Source: Raja brachyura (Eukaryota). From it: DNA of 64,000 nucleotides. The notes beneath the pieces were generated by a model. It was not told the origin of the DNA. It was given only the letters and a program-made list of their open reading frames with translations, and ran no database searches. Where the stretch lies: positions 67,828,001-67,892,000 of the forward strand of contig OY740785.1 of the NCBI GenBank assembly GCA_963514005.1. The letters are read 5' to 3'. Positions within the stretch are counted from its first letter, which is position 1. The number at the start of each line of letters is the position of its first letter. A program made the translations under genes and the position numbers. Shown piece by piece: positions 11,957 through 25,293 of this stretch.

Positions 11957-12461
11957 CGCACGCACGCATGCGCACGCACGCACACACACTTGTATAGAGA
12001 TGGTATTTATTTATAATGTCATGGTTATGACATTATTTATCCATAGCTGTTCACGAAGGATTAGTTGTCAAATTCAAACCATTGCAAACACTTCGATGTT
12101 GACATTAAAGTATGCTGTTGTGTGGAAGAAAACTCTTGTGGAAAGTGGCTCAGCAGTAAGTAGCTGAGCTAAATTTTAATTTTTGTTTTTTGTTGTTAAT
12201 TTAATATTTGAGTCATAATAATGGGACTACAGATTGGTATTTTTATACTATTAGATTAGAATCTAATGCTACTATTAGATTATGTGAGACGAATTTAGCC
12301 AAGATCATTGTTCCTGATTATTGCTCATTGATTCCCGTTGAAAATGGTCACATGCATTTCTCAGGTTTTTAATTCATCTTAGCACCAGCTAGGACATAGT
12401 AAAATTTACAGTTATACTTTACTGTTGTTGTTAGATGTGCTTTTAATAGGCAATATATTAT

Positions 12462-14261
12462 ATGAACCGAGTCATCAGGCTGGCCAAGTGTGCCCATGGT
12501 CAGAAAATCCAGAGCTTTTTTCATGACCCCAAGAACACCAGGCGCATGTGGCAGGGAATCAAAACAATCACGGACTATAAGACTGCTCCACCACCCTGTG
12601 ATGACAACATTGAGTTCCTCAATGAACTAAACAACTATTTTGGATGGTTCGAGGCATTAAATAACACACTTGCAAGTAAAGGTATTCCTCACTGTGATGA
12701 ACAGGCACTCAGTCTTGACATAGTGGATGTACGGAGGACCCTAAAAGGAGTGAACGCACGAAAGACAGCAGGCCCTGATAACATACCAGGGCAGGTGCTC
12801 GGGGAATGTGCTGATCAGCTGGCACATGTCCTTCCGGACATATTTAACACCTCGTTGAACCAGGCTGTCCTCCCATTATGTTTCAAGACTGCCACCATCA
12901 TACCAGTGCCAAAAAAATCCAGCATACAATGTCTCAATGACTACCGCCTTGTAGCACTCACCCCCATAATGATGAAGTGCTTCGAGAGGCTGGTCAGGGA
13001 CCATATTACCGCCAGACTCCCCTCCACACTTAACCCATACCAGTTTGCTTACAGGCCAAACTGCTCCACAGAGGACGCTATATCCTCCGTACTCCACCTG
13101 AGCTTGGAACATTTAGAGGAGAAGAACACCTATGTGCGAATGCTGTTCGTGGATTTTAGTTTAGCATTCAACACAATTATCCCTCAGCACCTGATAAGCA
13201 AACTGGTTCCATTGGGCCTCAGCACCCCCATGTGTAACTGGCTACTGGACTTCCTCACTGACAGACCCCAGTCTGTGAGGGTTGGAAATAACACCTCTAA
13301 CACCAACTCTCTGAGCACCGGCTCCCCTCGGGGCTGTGTCCTGAGTTCACTGCTGTTTACCCTGATGACCCACGACTGTTGTGCCAGGTTTAGTACAAAC
13401 CACATCATGAAGTACGCAGATGGCACAACAGTGGTGGGCCTCATCAGGGATGACAATGAGTTGGCTTACAGGGAGGAGGTGAAACAACTGGTGGACTGGT
13501 GCAATACGAACAACCTGATCCTGAATGTCGAAAAAACAAAGGAAGTCATCGTGGACTTCAGGAAAAACCAGCACAGACCCATACCACTTCACATCAATGA
13601 CAGCGATGTGGAGGTGGTCAGTAGCACTAAGTTCCTGGGGGTGCAGATCACTAACAGTCTGACCTGGTCAAATAACATCTCATCAACAGTTAAGAGTTGC
13701 ACTTTCTGCGCCGGATGAGAAGAGCTCACCTCCCCCATCCCATCCTCACCACTTTCTACAGGGGCACCATAGAGAGTATTTTGACCAGCTGTATCTCTGT
13801 CTGGTTTGGGGACTGTAAAGCCTCTGACTGGAAGTCCATGCAGAGAGTGGTGAGAACAGCGGAAAAAATAATCGGGACCTCTCTCCCCTCAATCGGGGAT
13901 ATTGCGAACAAATGTTGCGTGTTTAAGGCCAGCAGTATTATAAAAGACCCCACACATCTCCATCACGGACTGTTCACTCTGCTGCCCTCGGGCAAAAGAT
14001 ATCGTAACATAAGGAGCAGAACATCAAGGTTCTGCAAAAGCTTCTTCCCATGAGCCATCAGACTCCTGAATGCCATGTAATGGGCTGCCACCATTGTCTA
14101 TTTATCCTTTTATCCTTTTTATCCATTTTATCCATGTTTATCCTTCTGTTAATTATCGTGTTGCACAGGGAGCCAAATGCAACAGAATTTTGTTTGGAAC
14201 TGCATATATTGGTGTATTTCTAAATGACAATAAAGTTTGTTTGACTTGACTTTTGACTTGA
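12462..14261 (+). mobile_element. Rex1/Babar-type non-LTR retrotransposon, 5'-truncated
   Basis: 418-aa RT ORF (GPDNIP, NDYRLVALT, QFAYR, FVDFSLAFNTI, GSPRGCVLS, KYADG); frameshift near 13700 into the C-terminal region; AATAAA and (TTGAC)n tail. Confidence 0.9.
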
Positions 14262-14917
14262 TATTGAGAACTGCTGGGGTATTCTTTCTCAGGATGAGGG
14301 TGTCTAGCAGAATATTTAATTGTCATGGCATCTTTTGGTCAAAACATTCCCAGGATCTGAGTGTTGCTGATTCAGACATCATTCCTAAGTGCATTTGAGA
14401 GGCTGTCTTCTTTAACCTCTGTAGTTTATGCAAGCATAATGGCAACTCCACAATGCTGATGTGGAGGATGTTCAAGTTTTTGACAATGAAGGACAGATGA
14501 TATGTCCAAGATAGTATAGTCTATGACAGATTGGAAGTGATTCTGTTTCCCAGGTACTTATGACCTGTTAGGGATGTTTTATATTTGAATTCAAAATAAG
14601 CTTTCAATAACTTTTTTATGTACTGTCAAAGATCGTCCATTTCATTTTAACCTTATTACACTACTCAACTCCATTTCTCCCTCTGCACATTTATTGCTGA
14701 AACTGCGCCTTTGTCAGCTGTAGACAACATTTTTTAAGCAATTTTGGATGGTCCTATTTGTTCCATACTCCACATTGGTAGTCAAAATCTCTGGTCTATC
14801 CCTTGCTCGAGCTGACCTACATGGCTTCTTAGCTGACAGAACTTATAAGAACTGATTATGACCTGAAACTATCTATCCATGATCTCCAGAGATGCTACCT
14901 AACCGTTAACTTAAGTT

Positions 14918-15891
14918 AACTTTTTTTTAAATTTTAATTTTTATTTTTATTAGAGGTAAATACATCAGTGTACATCCCGTATATATTGTTACAATCATAC
15001 CTCTTAATTTTAAGGCTTTTATAGAAAAGGAATAGAAACAGAGAAAGTGAAGAATGTGAAGAGTTGTGAGAGTGAAAAAGCATGCCAAAGGAAAAGAAAA
15101 AGAGCCCTTGGTCAGAGTTAGAGAAAGGAGATTAAGAGATAGACCCGAGAAAAAAAAGAGAGAAAAGAAAAAAGGAAAAGCCAGTTATTATATTATAAAC
15201 ATCACGCAAAAGGAATTTACCAACTCGATAGTTTTTCATCTCTCTTTACTAAGACCCGACGCCGGTATCTTTTTGAGGTACTCTTGCACCCTATCCTTGT
15301 AGCAAATCTATAAATGCAGACCACGTCTGATAGAAACAATCTGATTTTCCTGCCATGTTTCCAGATGTAGTGTTTCAAACATAGTTGAAATCCACATATT
15401 TACGGTTGGTATAGGGGTATTTTTCCAGAATTTTAAGATTAGATTTTTTCCTATTATTAAGCCATATTCAAATAGATTATTTTGAAACGCATTTAATTCA
15501 AGGCTACCTTCCGTTATTCCAAAAATAATCCAATCTGCCTTTGGTGTCAGTTTTATTTTAAATAATTTTGTGAAGATTTCAAAGATTTCAATCCAAAAGT
15601 TTTGAATTTTTGTACAAAAGACAAATGAGTGCGCTATAGTAGCTTCTTGAGACTGGCATTTATTGCAAATAGGTGAGACATTGGGAACTAGTTTACTTAA
15701 TTTAGTTTTTGAATAGTATAATCTGTGTAAGATTTCAAATTGTATTAAAGTGTGTCTTACGTTAATTGAACATTTATGCACATTTAATAAGTGTTCTTTC
15801 GACCTTTCTTTGGAAATGTTTATACTTAATTAATTTTCCCAATCTCTTCTGATGCCTTCAGTTGTTGGTATTTCTGCATTTAGAATGATAT

Positions 15892-15924
<33 letters not shown>

Positions 15925-16135
15925 GAGATTAGATTTGCTGATTCAGCCTTTGTATTCATTGCTTCATCCAGTAAATCTGATGGCATATTGTGATATTCTT
16001 GTGCATATTTTTTCAGATAGTCACATATTTGGAAATATTTAAAATACTGATTGTTACCCAAATTGTATTTTAGTTGTAATTGTTTAAATGGTAATAATTT
16101 TCCCGTTTCATACAAATCTCCCAAGGTTTTAAGTT
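14918..16135 (-). mobile_element. L1/Tx1-type LINE 3' fragment
   Basis: zf-RVT-like C-terminus (IQFEILHRLYYSK...CNKC...HSFVFC...FW); A-rich tail near 14918-14950; (TA)n/(TG)n microsatellite at 15893-15924. Confidence 0.8.
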
Positions 16136-16269
16136 AATGTTTCACTTGTGAAATTATAGAAACTGGTAAAAATAGTGATCTCGTGTTGAGAGAGACAATT
16201 GTCCTTATTACTTCCATAGGGTATCAAGTGACATGCCGATCAAAAAAACTCTAAGCCAAGGTTTAATAC

Positions 16270-16755
16270 TAAGATAGACACAAAATACTGGAGTAACTAA
16301 GCAGGACAGGCAACATCTCTGGAGAGAAGGAATGGGGGACGTTTCGGGTTGAGACCCTTCTTCAGACTGAATGTTTAAGAAGGAACTGCAGATGCTGGAA
16401 AATCGAAGGTAGACAAAAATGCTGCAGAAATGGCATTTATGGAGCGAAGGAAATGGGCAACGTTTCGGGTCGAGACCCTTCTTCAGACTGGTATCAGGGG
16501 AGTGGGAGGTACATAGATAAAGAACTGTAAGGTGTGAAGACAGGACAAATGGAATGGGGATCAAGGAAAATGTAAAATAGATCATTGTTAGTTGGGAGAA
16601 GACAAACAGATGAAAAGTAGTTTGAGACAATAAGACTGGTCGGTGAACTGGGAAGGGGAAGGATGGAGAGAGGAAAGCAAGGGTTATTTGAAGTTAGAGA
16701 AGTCAATGTTCATACCACTGGGGTGTAAGCTGCCCATGCAAAATATGAGGTGCTG
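16270..16755 (-). mobile_element. Penelope-like terminal repeat, tandemly duplicated end
   Basis: Two tandem ~120-bp units, each containing CTGAAGAAGGGTCTCRACCCGAAACGT on the - strand; related copies at 3040, 7536, 40014 and 63785. Confidence 0.75.
16338..16490 (-). ncRNA. Two tandem minimal hammerhead-ribozyme-like cores
   Basis: CUGAAGA, stem II (GGGUY/RACCC), GAAAC-GUH with loopless palindromic ACGU stem III; stem I pairing is weak. Confidence 0.45.
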
Positions 16756-17699
16756 CGGTGCTACTACTTAATCTTTACTAGCATTCAAGTTACTTAAACA
16801 TGCATGCAAACCACTAACTTCTAATAATTTCTCAGTTGCTTCACTATTCCAGCTTATCACTTCTTGCACTAAAACATAAAACTCATGGACTCAGATATTA
16901 CTTATATAATGAATAGGCCAGATTCACTCTATTGAACTCTTATCTGAGCTTCAGACTCGGGTCCCTCCTTCTACGAATGCTTGTTCCTGGGTTGTTACTG
17001 CTGATGTCTTTGACTGCCCTTCGTTTATACTATTTTTTCCTTCAACCTTCTTAAGGAAGCTTTTGTTCTAATCAAAGGCTATCAAGACCCTGATCATTTA
17101 TTTTGTGTCACTCATCCAAAGATTGGATAAAGAAAACACATCTTCCTTCCTTATCAGGCTAGAGAAATCTTAATTATGTAATTCTATTTTCATTCTCACC
17201 ATAATCCCTTTGCAAAATGGCTGTTCCCAGCCACCTTATCTTCTCAAGGCCACACAGCCTTGCCATGAAGTTACCTTCAGTTTTGCTCTCACCAGATGTC
17301 AATCGCATGACCGTTTTCACAGTGCTCCATTGTTTTTGTGGGTCCAGGATTTCTCACTCTCTAGCTAACAGCATCCTCCCAAAGCCTATCGGGATACTTG
17401 ATACTCTTGCTTTTCATTTCATCTGTCTTTTTTTTTAAACTTGGATGTATAATTGTGATCAAGATTAAATCTTCCCCACCATTATTCCCCTCCCCAAATT
17501 TTTGACTTGATTTCAGTTTAGTTTGTTGTCACGTGTACCACTTAATTTTTTTTACACCACACATCAGTGAAGCTCTGCCATAGTTGGTGTTCTTTGCAAA
17601 TGTAATTCCTTTCAAAACATTAGAATATTGTTGGCACAACAAGGAAAATGTGTTTCTGCTGTTATCATGGGATGTGATAACCACTTGTAAAGGTTGTAT

Positions 17700-19560
17700 A
17701 TAATAGACAATAGATACAGGAGTAGGCCATTTGGCCCTTTGAGCCAGCACCACCATTCAACGTGATCATGGCTGATCATCCCCAATCAGTACCCCATTCC
17801 TGCCTTCTCCCCATATCCCCTGACTCCGCTATTTTTAAGAGCCCAATCTACCTCTCTTTTGAAAGCATCCAGAGAACCCGCCTCTACCACCCTCTGAGGC
17901 AGAGAATTCCACAGACTCACCACTCTCTGTGAGAGAGTGTTTCCTCGTCCCCATTCTAAATGGCTTACTCCTTATTCTTAAACTGTGGCCCCTGGTTCTG
18001 GACTTGCCCAACATTGGGAACATGTTTCCTGCCCCTAGCGTGTCCAAACCCTTAACAATCTTATATGTTTCAATGAAATCCCCTCTCATCCTTCTAAACT
18101 CCAGAGTGTACAAGCCCAGCTGCTCCATTCTGTCAGCATATGACAGTCCCGCAATCCCGGGAATTAACCTTGTAAACCTACTCCCTCAATAGCAAGAATG
18201 TACTTCCTCAAATTAGGGGACCAAAAACTGTACACAATACTCCAGGTGTGGTCTCGCTAAGGATCTGTACAACTGCAGAAGGCCCTTTTTGCTCCTATAT
18301 TCGATTCCTCTTGTTATAAGGGCCAACATGCCATTCGCTTTCTTCACTGCCTGCTGTACCTGCAAGCTTACTTTCACAGACTGATGTACAAGGACCCCCA
18401 GATCCCGTTGTACTTCCACTTTTCCCAACTCGATGCCATTTAGATAGTAATCTGCCTTCCTGTTTTGCTACCAAAGTGGATAACCTCACATTTATTTGCA
18501 TTAAACTTCATCTGCCCTGCACTCTCATAGCATCCTCCTCACAGTTCACACTGCCACCCAGCTTTGTGTCATCTGCAAATTTGCTAATGTTACTTTCAAT
18601 CCCTTCATCCAAATCATTGATGTATATTGTAAATAGCTGCGGTCCCAGCATCGAGCCTTGCGGTACCCCACTAGTCACTGTCTACCATTCTGAAAGGGAC
18701 CCGTTAATCCCTACTCTTTGTTTCCTGTCTGCCAACCACTTCTCTATCCATGTCAGCACTCTACCCCCAATACCATGTGCCCTAATCTTGCCCAATAATC
18801 TCCTATGTGGGACCTTATCAAATTATTTCTGAAAGTCCAGGTACACTACATTCCCCTTCGTAAATTCATGCTGACTCGGACCAATCCTGTTACTGCTATC
18901 TAAATGTTCGGCTATCTCATCTTTTATAATTGACTCCAGCATCTTCCCCACCACTGATGTCTATAATTCCATGTTTTCTCTCTCCCGCTTTTCTTAAAAA
19001 AGTGGGATAACATTAGCTATACTCCAATCCACAGGAACTGATCCTGAGTCTATAGAACATTGGAAAATTATCACCAATGCATCCACGATTTCTAGAGCCA
19101 CTTCCTTAAGTACCATGGGATGCAGCCCATCAGGCCCTGGGGATTTATCAGCCGTCAGTCCCATCAGTCTATCTAACACCATTTCCTGCCTAATGCGGAT
19201 TTCCTTCAGTTCCTGCATCACCCCAGATCCTCTGGCCATTACTCTATCAGGAAGATTGTTTGTGCCTTCCTTAGTGAAGACAGATCCAAAGTACCTCTTT
19301 AACTCATCTGCCATTTCTTTGTTCCCCATAATAAATTCACAGTTTTCGGTCTTCAAGGGTCCAACTTTGGTCTTAACTATTTTTTTCCTCTTCACATACC
19401 TAAAGAAGCTTTTACTCTCTGATTTATATTCTTGGCTAGCATAACTTCGTACCTCATCTTTTCTCCCCGTATTGTCTTTTTGGTTATCTTCTGTTCTTTA
19501 AACATTATCCAATCCTCTTGCTTCCTGCTCATCTTTGCTACGTTGTACTTCTTTGCTTTA
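17700..19560 (-). mobile_element. CR1/HER1-type LINE, 5'-truncated and degraded
   Basis: [39 protein letters not shown] remnants; CTATTG-type tail. Confidence 0.9.
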
Positions 19561-20132
19561 ATTTGCCTGTTACCTTGTTCTCAAGCGCATAATAAGCTGC
19601 CGCATTGAACTACTGTATATCATAAAGATGAATTTTGACTCGACAATGATAAAAAGACAGTAAGGTGTTTCCAAATGCGAGATTTGGAGGGGAACTGCTG
19701 CCTTGTTCTAGATAGTCGTTGTGGTTTGGAAGGGGTTCCTGATGAGTTAATGGAGATTGTCAATAGGACACATTGCACCACAGAATGCTGGTGAAGGACG
19801 TAAATATGTAACAAGATTGTCTTAACTGCACAATTTTTCCAGGATGATGTGGAGAGTCTCAAGTGTTTCTTGAGCTGTATCTATCCAGGAAGTTAGCAAG
19901 TAAGTTAAGTCGCTGCAGGTGTGCCTTAAAGATCACGGGAGGTCTTTGGGGAATCTGTCTAGCCTTTGCAGGTTCCTTCATGTGTTCTTGAATATTGCTC
20001 AGTTTTTAGCATCGAAGTTTTACCTCGCCAAATCTTTCAAACTTAAAAAAAATTCTCTCCTCGTTTAATCTCATCCCCAAAGCTTTTTTTTTCAGCCATG
20101 CTTTCCATTCATTCTTTTGAGGTGCTTTATGT

Positions 20133-21318
20133 TGTAATGTTACAACATTTTGAGATTTAAAGATCAAGTCTGCAATTTATCCCATCAGACAAAGAAGTTG
20201 AATTTGATCCTAATTCACTTCAGTATTAAAAAAGTTATGGCCATTTTCATACTCGGAAATTAGCATCTTGTTCCCTATTGCTTTTCCATTGACCTAATTC
20301 AAAAGCTGTGATCGAGGACAGTCAAAAGCCCATAACGTTCTTAAAAGTTAAGAGAACTGAATGAAATTTTCAGTTATTATAGATAAAGTTAAACGCTAAA
20401 ACAAATAGTAAATACCCAACGATAAAATTCATATTCATCAGCTTCATCCAATCAATGTAATCAATTAAATTAATCTAAATTCAATTACTAGACTATCTAA
20501 ATTGATCTAAACTATCAATTTCTTAAGAAAAGGTTAACATTTTTAAATAGCCTAAGTGTCCAAATAACATTCACACAAGAATTCACAATATAACATGATT
20601 TTTAAATCTCAGTCATGAACATAGGCCAAATGGAAGGAATTTAATGTTTAATTCCCATAAATTAATCCAGACACATCCACTCAAAATATAATAAAAATTA
20701 TTGTTTTTGCACAACACATGTGACTCAAACTGTTGTGAATATTTAGTTTAAAAATAATGATCATGGAGAGAGAATAACACAAAATATAGACAATTTAGAC
20801 GGATTATGACATGATTGTCCAAAACAAAAGAGCATTTTAATCATCTTGCGAGTGGGTGATTCTGGAACGCGATTGATTGGAACGTTGCATTTGCGGTGAA
20901 TTTGAACCCCATATCGGCAGGAAGGACACTGCCGGTTCGTATGGGGCCCAAATAACATTTTCGCAACGTAAAATTAGATTAAAGCCATCCCAAGAAGCAA
21001 GATTAAATGTAAAATCAACGACTTACCCTTTGTTTTGTCCCTTTCTTGCGATCCGTCACGTTGTAGGCGTTAGAAGTTGCTTTTTATTTCAATCCAATTT
21101 TTAAATTGTCCATCGAATTAAAAAATAAAAAATAAACCTGGAACGGAAGTCCGATTTTCTTCATCTGCTAGCAGCCCGAGGAAATCTGTCTCCGACAGGC
21201 AGTACGAAACTGCATTTTAATACATCCCCCCCCCCCCCCCCCCCAAGGCACCAGAGTCGCGCACACGGCCAGTGGCAGAACTGCAGCACCGCTGAAGGTA
21301 AGTTTTGTAACATCGCTA
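20133..21318. mobile_element. hAT-like non-autonomous DNA transposon, copy 3 (both ends)
   Basis: TIRs TGTAATGTTACAA / TTGTAACATCGCTA; 8-bp TSD CTTTATGT (20125-20132) vs CTTTATGC (21319-21326). Confidence 0.78.
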
Positions 21319-21409
21319 CTTTATGCTATTATCTATGTTAAGTTCGGTGAGCAAATGCAGTTTTCTGTTGTCACAACATTTGTATATATTATACAATTGT
21401 TTTTTGCAG

Positions 21410-21528
21410 AGATTCAGTCTTGGGCTATGAAATTCCCTTTCATCAGGGAACAGATTTACAAAATGGTAGAAAAAAAAGTGATGGCACAGACCAAAGGCCT
21501 TTATCCTGCTCCACTGAAGATCATTGAG
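21410..21528 (+). CDS. HADHA: HADHA exon 9 equivalent
   Basis: 119 nt; [39 protein letters not shown]. Confidence 0.95.
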
Positions 21529-21577
21529 GTAATTATCAGACCTATTTGAGCTCACCCAAGCCTTTCGGTTTTAATTG

Positions 21578-21856
21578 TGGAGTTTAGAGATACAGCGCGG
21601 AAACAGGCCCTTCACTCCCATGAGTCCGTGCCGACCAGTGATCGCTGCACATTAACCCTATCCTACACACACTAGGAACAAATTACAATTATACCAAGCC
21701 AATTAACCTGCAACCTGTACATCTTTGGAGTAAGGGAGGAAACAGGAGATCCCGGAGAAAACCCACACAGGTCAAGGGGAGAATGTACAAACTCCATAGA
21801 GACAAGCACCCATTGTCTGGATCGAATGTAAGACAGCTATTTACCGCTGTCCCACC
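21578..21856 (-). mobile_element. tRNA-derived SINE (HE1/V-SINE-like)
   Basis: Reverse complement of the 32796 SINE; CR1-derived 3' end GAAGGGCCTGTTTCCGCGCTGTATCTCTAAAC. Confidence 0.8.
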
Positions 21857-21895
21857 TTTATTATGTGTAATTTCAATTGTTATCTTTCAATAAAG

Positions 21896-21952
21896 GTTGT
21901 GAAGACTGGATCAGAGCAAGGATCGGATGCTGGTTATTTGATGGAATCACAG
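21896..21952 (+). CDS. HADHA: HADHA exon 10 equivalent
   Basis: 57 nt; VVKTGSEQGSDAGYLMESQ; AAG acceptor, GTCAGT donor. Confidence 0.93.
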
Positions 21953-22663
21953 GTCAGTGAGACATATTTTGTATTTTATGTAAAATTAGGAGATTCAGAG
22001 AAAGTAATGGTATAATGGGGCAAATCAAATTATGCAAAAGATGTAGCTGTCACCTCTAATTTCCATTTGAAAGATGCTGGTAATTTTGAGTATTTATAAA
22101 AATAATACCATTGACTAGTTTTGAAAGCGAATTATGAGTTTTTCAAACCTAATTATCACTGTATCCTGTGAAAATCCTGGTTTCAGTCTTCAGCCTAGAA
22201 TGTTTTGGAAAAAATCTGTGAAAATTTGCTTCTACCCACATAATCCTTTTTTGTCATCCATTACCTTTTGTCTTGGGGCACTTATTGGCTCTTTCTCTGA
22301 TTAATGTCATGTATTACTGTTGCAGCCTCAGGTTTTTCTATTAACCATATTTAAAAGTTTTAAATTGAAGTTTAAATTTAACTTAGTTTGAATTCTCTAA
22401 TAGAGTAAATACAATAGGTAGCTCAGTGACAGCAGCAAATGTGTTGTATGTAAACTAATCCAAATTGGGTCATGCAAGTTGCAATATAAACTTTTCAGCC
22501 TGTCCTGACCTTATAATGTTGCAGAAGCTTGATCGACACATTCACTTTTTATTCCCACCTATGCTTTCTTCATATGCAGCATTTAGAAGTTTGCAATCAT
22601 CCTCGTGGCAGTCAGTAAGAATTGATATTCTGTACTCAAGAAATATTCTAATTTTGTTACCAG

Positions 22664-22773
22664 AAATTTGGAGAATTGGCAATGACGAACGAATCAAAAG
22701 CTCTGATTGGACTTTATCATGGTCAAGTAGAATGCAAGAAGAACAAGTTTGGAAAGCCACAGAAAGAAAGCAA
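22664..22773 (+). CDS. HADHA: HADHA exon 11 equivalent
   Basis: 110 nt; [36 protein letters not shown]. Confidence 0.95.
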
Positions 22774-24541
22774 GTAAGTATATTTCTTGAATAAAATTGT
22801 TTTCTGTTTGCCTTTACAGATTAAAAATATTCCATATATATGCAGTATCTGCCATATACATTTAAAGTGATGCAAGATTAATCAAATGTGAGATTTTTAA
22901 AAAAATGATTATGGCATTTTTCCAGTTGTAGACAAATGGCATGATCAAAATATTGCCAAAGAGCAAAGCTTTATTTAAAAATAGTAGTTCAAGTCATGTG
23001 TTTGGTCAGCTTCTTTATTATTCACTATCAAAAAGTCTGGTTGTTTCTCTAATGTCTTATGATTATTTTAAAAGCTAACCTTTGAACCCTCCACCGTGCA
23101 AATTATCTCTCCATCCACAATCATCCTTCCCTTGGCCAAGTCTTGAACATGTAGTGCCTCCATTTAATATCCCTTATTCCCTGTTCTTTATTTGAATTAC
23201 TCTTATCAGATTTCTGCCTTGCCACAATGTCAAAACAGCTTTAATAAGTGTCACTATGAAATTGTGATTATGATAAACCTAACTTTCCAAGATCTGTCCT
23301 CCAAAGCTGCTGCAGCTCCCTCCAGCTGGGTTGTACCATTATGAATCCAATAAGAGCTAATGAATCACTTGCAATAATTTCTTGAACAGCTCTTGTGACT
23401 CTACCTCTGTTTTCCCTGCTGGTTTATCCATGGACCCTTCCTACACCAACCACTTGATTAATTTTCTTTATCATGCTGAGTTTCACTGCCACACCTCTTG
23501 CTCCTTATTCTTTACTGGGCATGTGTCGTCAGCGGAAAGTGGTCTGATGTACACTTAGTTTTAATCACAACATTGAAGATTGTGTAATTTGTAAATGCGT
23601 TACAGTTTATGAAGAGTGTAATGGTTCTCAACTGTGTTTGCAATAAAACAGGTGGACAATTTATTCATACTGAATTTTCACAGTATTCCAAATCGAAGTA
23701 CAAGAAGGAGCTAGAGAAGGCCAATTGGTCTTTTTTAAGCCCATTTCATTTTTCAGTAAAATCATGGCTCTTCCGTTTGTAACCTCAACCCTGCACTTCT
23801 GCCTTCCCATGGTAGGTTCTACCTTAAAAATACTCAAGGACTCTTCTTCCAATGCCTTTGGATAAAGAGTTCCAAAGATTGAGAAAAGGCCTGCTTTGTC
23901 TCTATCTTAAAATAGGCAACTTTGAACCCTAATTTTAGATTCTCCCACACAAGGAACCATCCTCTTCAAATCTTGCCATCAAGACACCAATGGATCTTGT
24001 AAATTTCAATCATGTCCCCTCTTGCTTATCTGAGTTCCAGCAGAATGGGTCATCATTCTGTTAGAATTAAAAAGTAGAAAATGTGTGGATGCGCAAGGCC
24101 AGAAACCACTAGGATGAGAGAAAAAGTTAATGTTTTGAGTCATAGAATCATATCCCTTCATATCCATGCACCTGTCCAAATGTCTTTTAAATGTTATTGT
24201 ATTTGCTTCAACTACTTCCTGCGGTGAAGTGTCAGTGACTTTTTAACCTGTGTTGTAATGGCATAAAGTCACTGGGCATCTTCAGCAGCATATTTCCAAG
24301 CCCAGAACTAAGCAGGCATGTTTTAAGTAGTCATTATTTTTGATCAATAGATTTGTATAGTATAAATTTGATGCACACCAATGTCAATAAATGATTTGCT
24401 ATACTTTTTTTCACATGGGTTAAAATACATTCTAGTGCTGCGCTCTATTTCCCAATTCCCTCAGGTAGGCTAGAGAAATATAAGATTTACATGTCTTAAT
24501 AGTTTGTGATTTAATGTACTGTGATTTTTACTTTTTGACAG

Positions 24542-24676
24542 GAGAATTGCTGTTTTAGGTGCTGGACTAATGGGTGCTGGAATTGCACAAGTCACAATAG
24601 ATAAAGAGATTTCAACCATCTTAAAAGACACTACGTTGGAAGGACTTGAAAGGGGTCAACAACAAATCTACAAAGG
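24542..24676 (+). CDS. HADHA: HADHA exon 12 equivalent, NAD-binding Rossmann motif
   Basis: 135 nt; [44 protein letters not shown] (GxGxxG). Confidence 0.96.
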
Positions 24677-24945
24677 GTACAAAGCAGTTGAACTATGTTT
24701 TCTGTGGATATTTTGCGTGCTCCATTCATTTAATTAATGTAGCTCTTCAAAATCTAGTATATATGCCCACTTAAATTAAAATCTGTGCATTATATTGGAA
24801 TGGCACATTATCAGAATATTTTAAGTTTGAGTAAAACTAGGGGATTTATACATGGGTGATATGTAGTTCACAAAATTTAATGTCTCATTGTGACCACTAT
24901 GCTTGTATGTTTACAATAATTGTGACCTCTGTGGAATCCCAACAG

Positions 24946-25117
24946 ACTGAATGACAAGGTAAAGAAGAAGACTTTAACAACATTTGAGCGTGACAGAATC
25001 CAGTCAAACTTGACTAGTCAGTTAGACTATTGTCAATTTGATAAAGCAGACATGGTAATTGAAGCAGTATTCGAAGATATGAAACTCAAACACAGTGTCC
25101 TGAAGGAAGTAGAAGCT
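24946..25117 (+). CDS. HADHA: HADHA exon 13 equivalent
   Basis: 172 nt; [57 protein letters not shown]. Confidence 0.96.
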
Positions 25118-25206
25118 GTAAGTTTCCAAAGAAAAACAATACAAATTAATTCAAAGTATGCATATTGCTCAGTAAAATATATTGTACTGTGTTTCTCTAC
25201 TGACAG

Positions 25207-25293
25207 GTTATTTCCCCTCATTGTATCTTTGCGAGTAATACTTCTGCTCTTCCGATTTCTGAAATTGCTGCTGTCAGTAAAAGACCAGAAAAG
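25207..25293 (+). CDS. HADHA: HADHA exon 14 equivalent
   Basis: 87 nt after an 89-nt intron; [29 protein letters not shown] (ASNTS motif). Confidence 0.96.
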
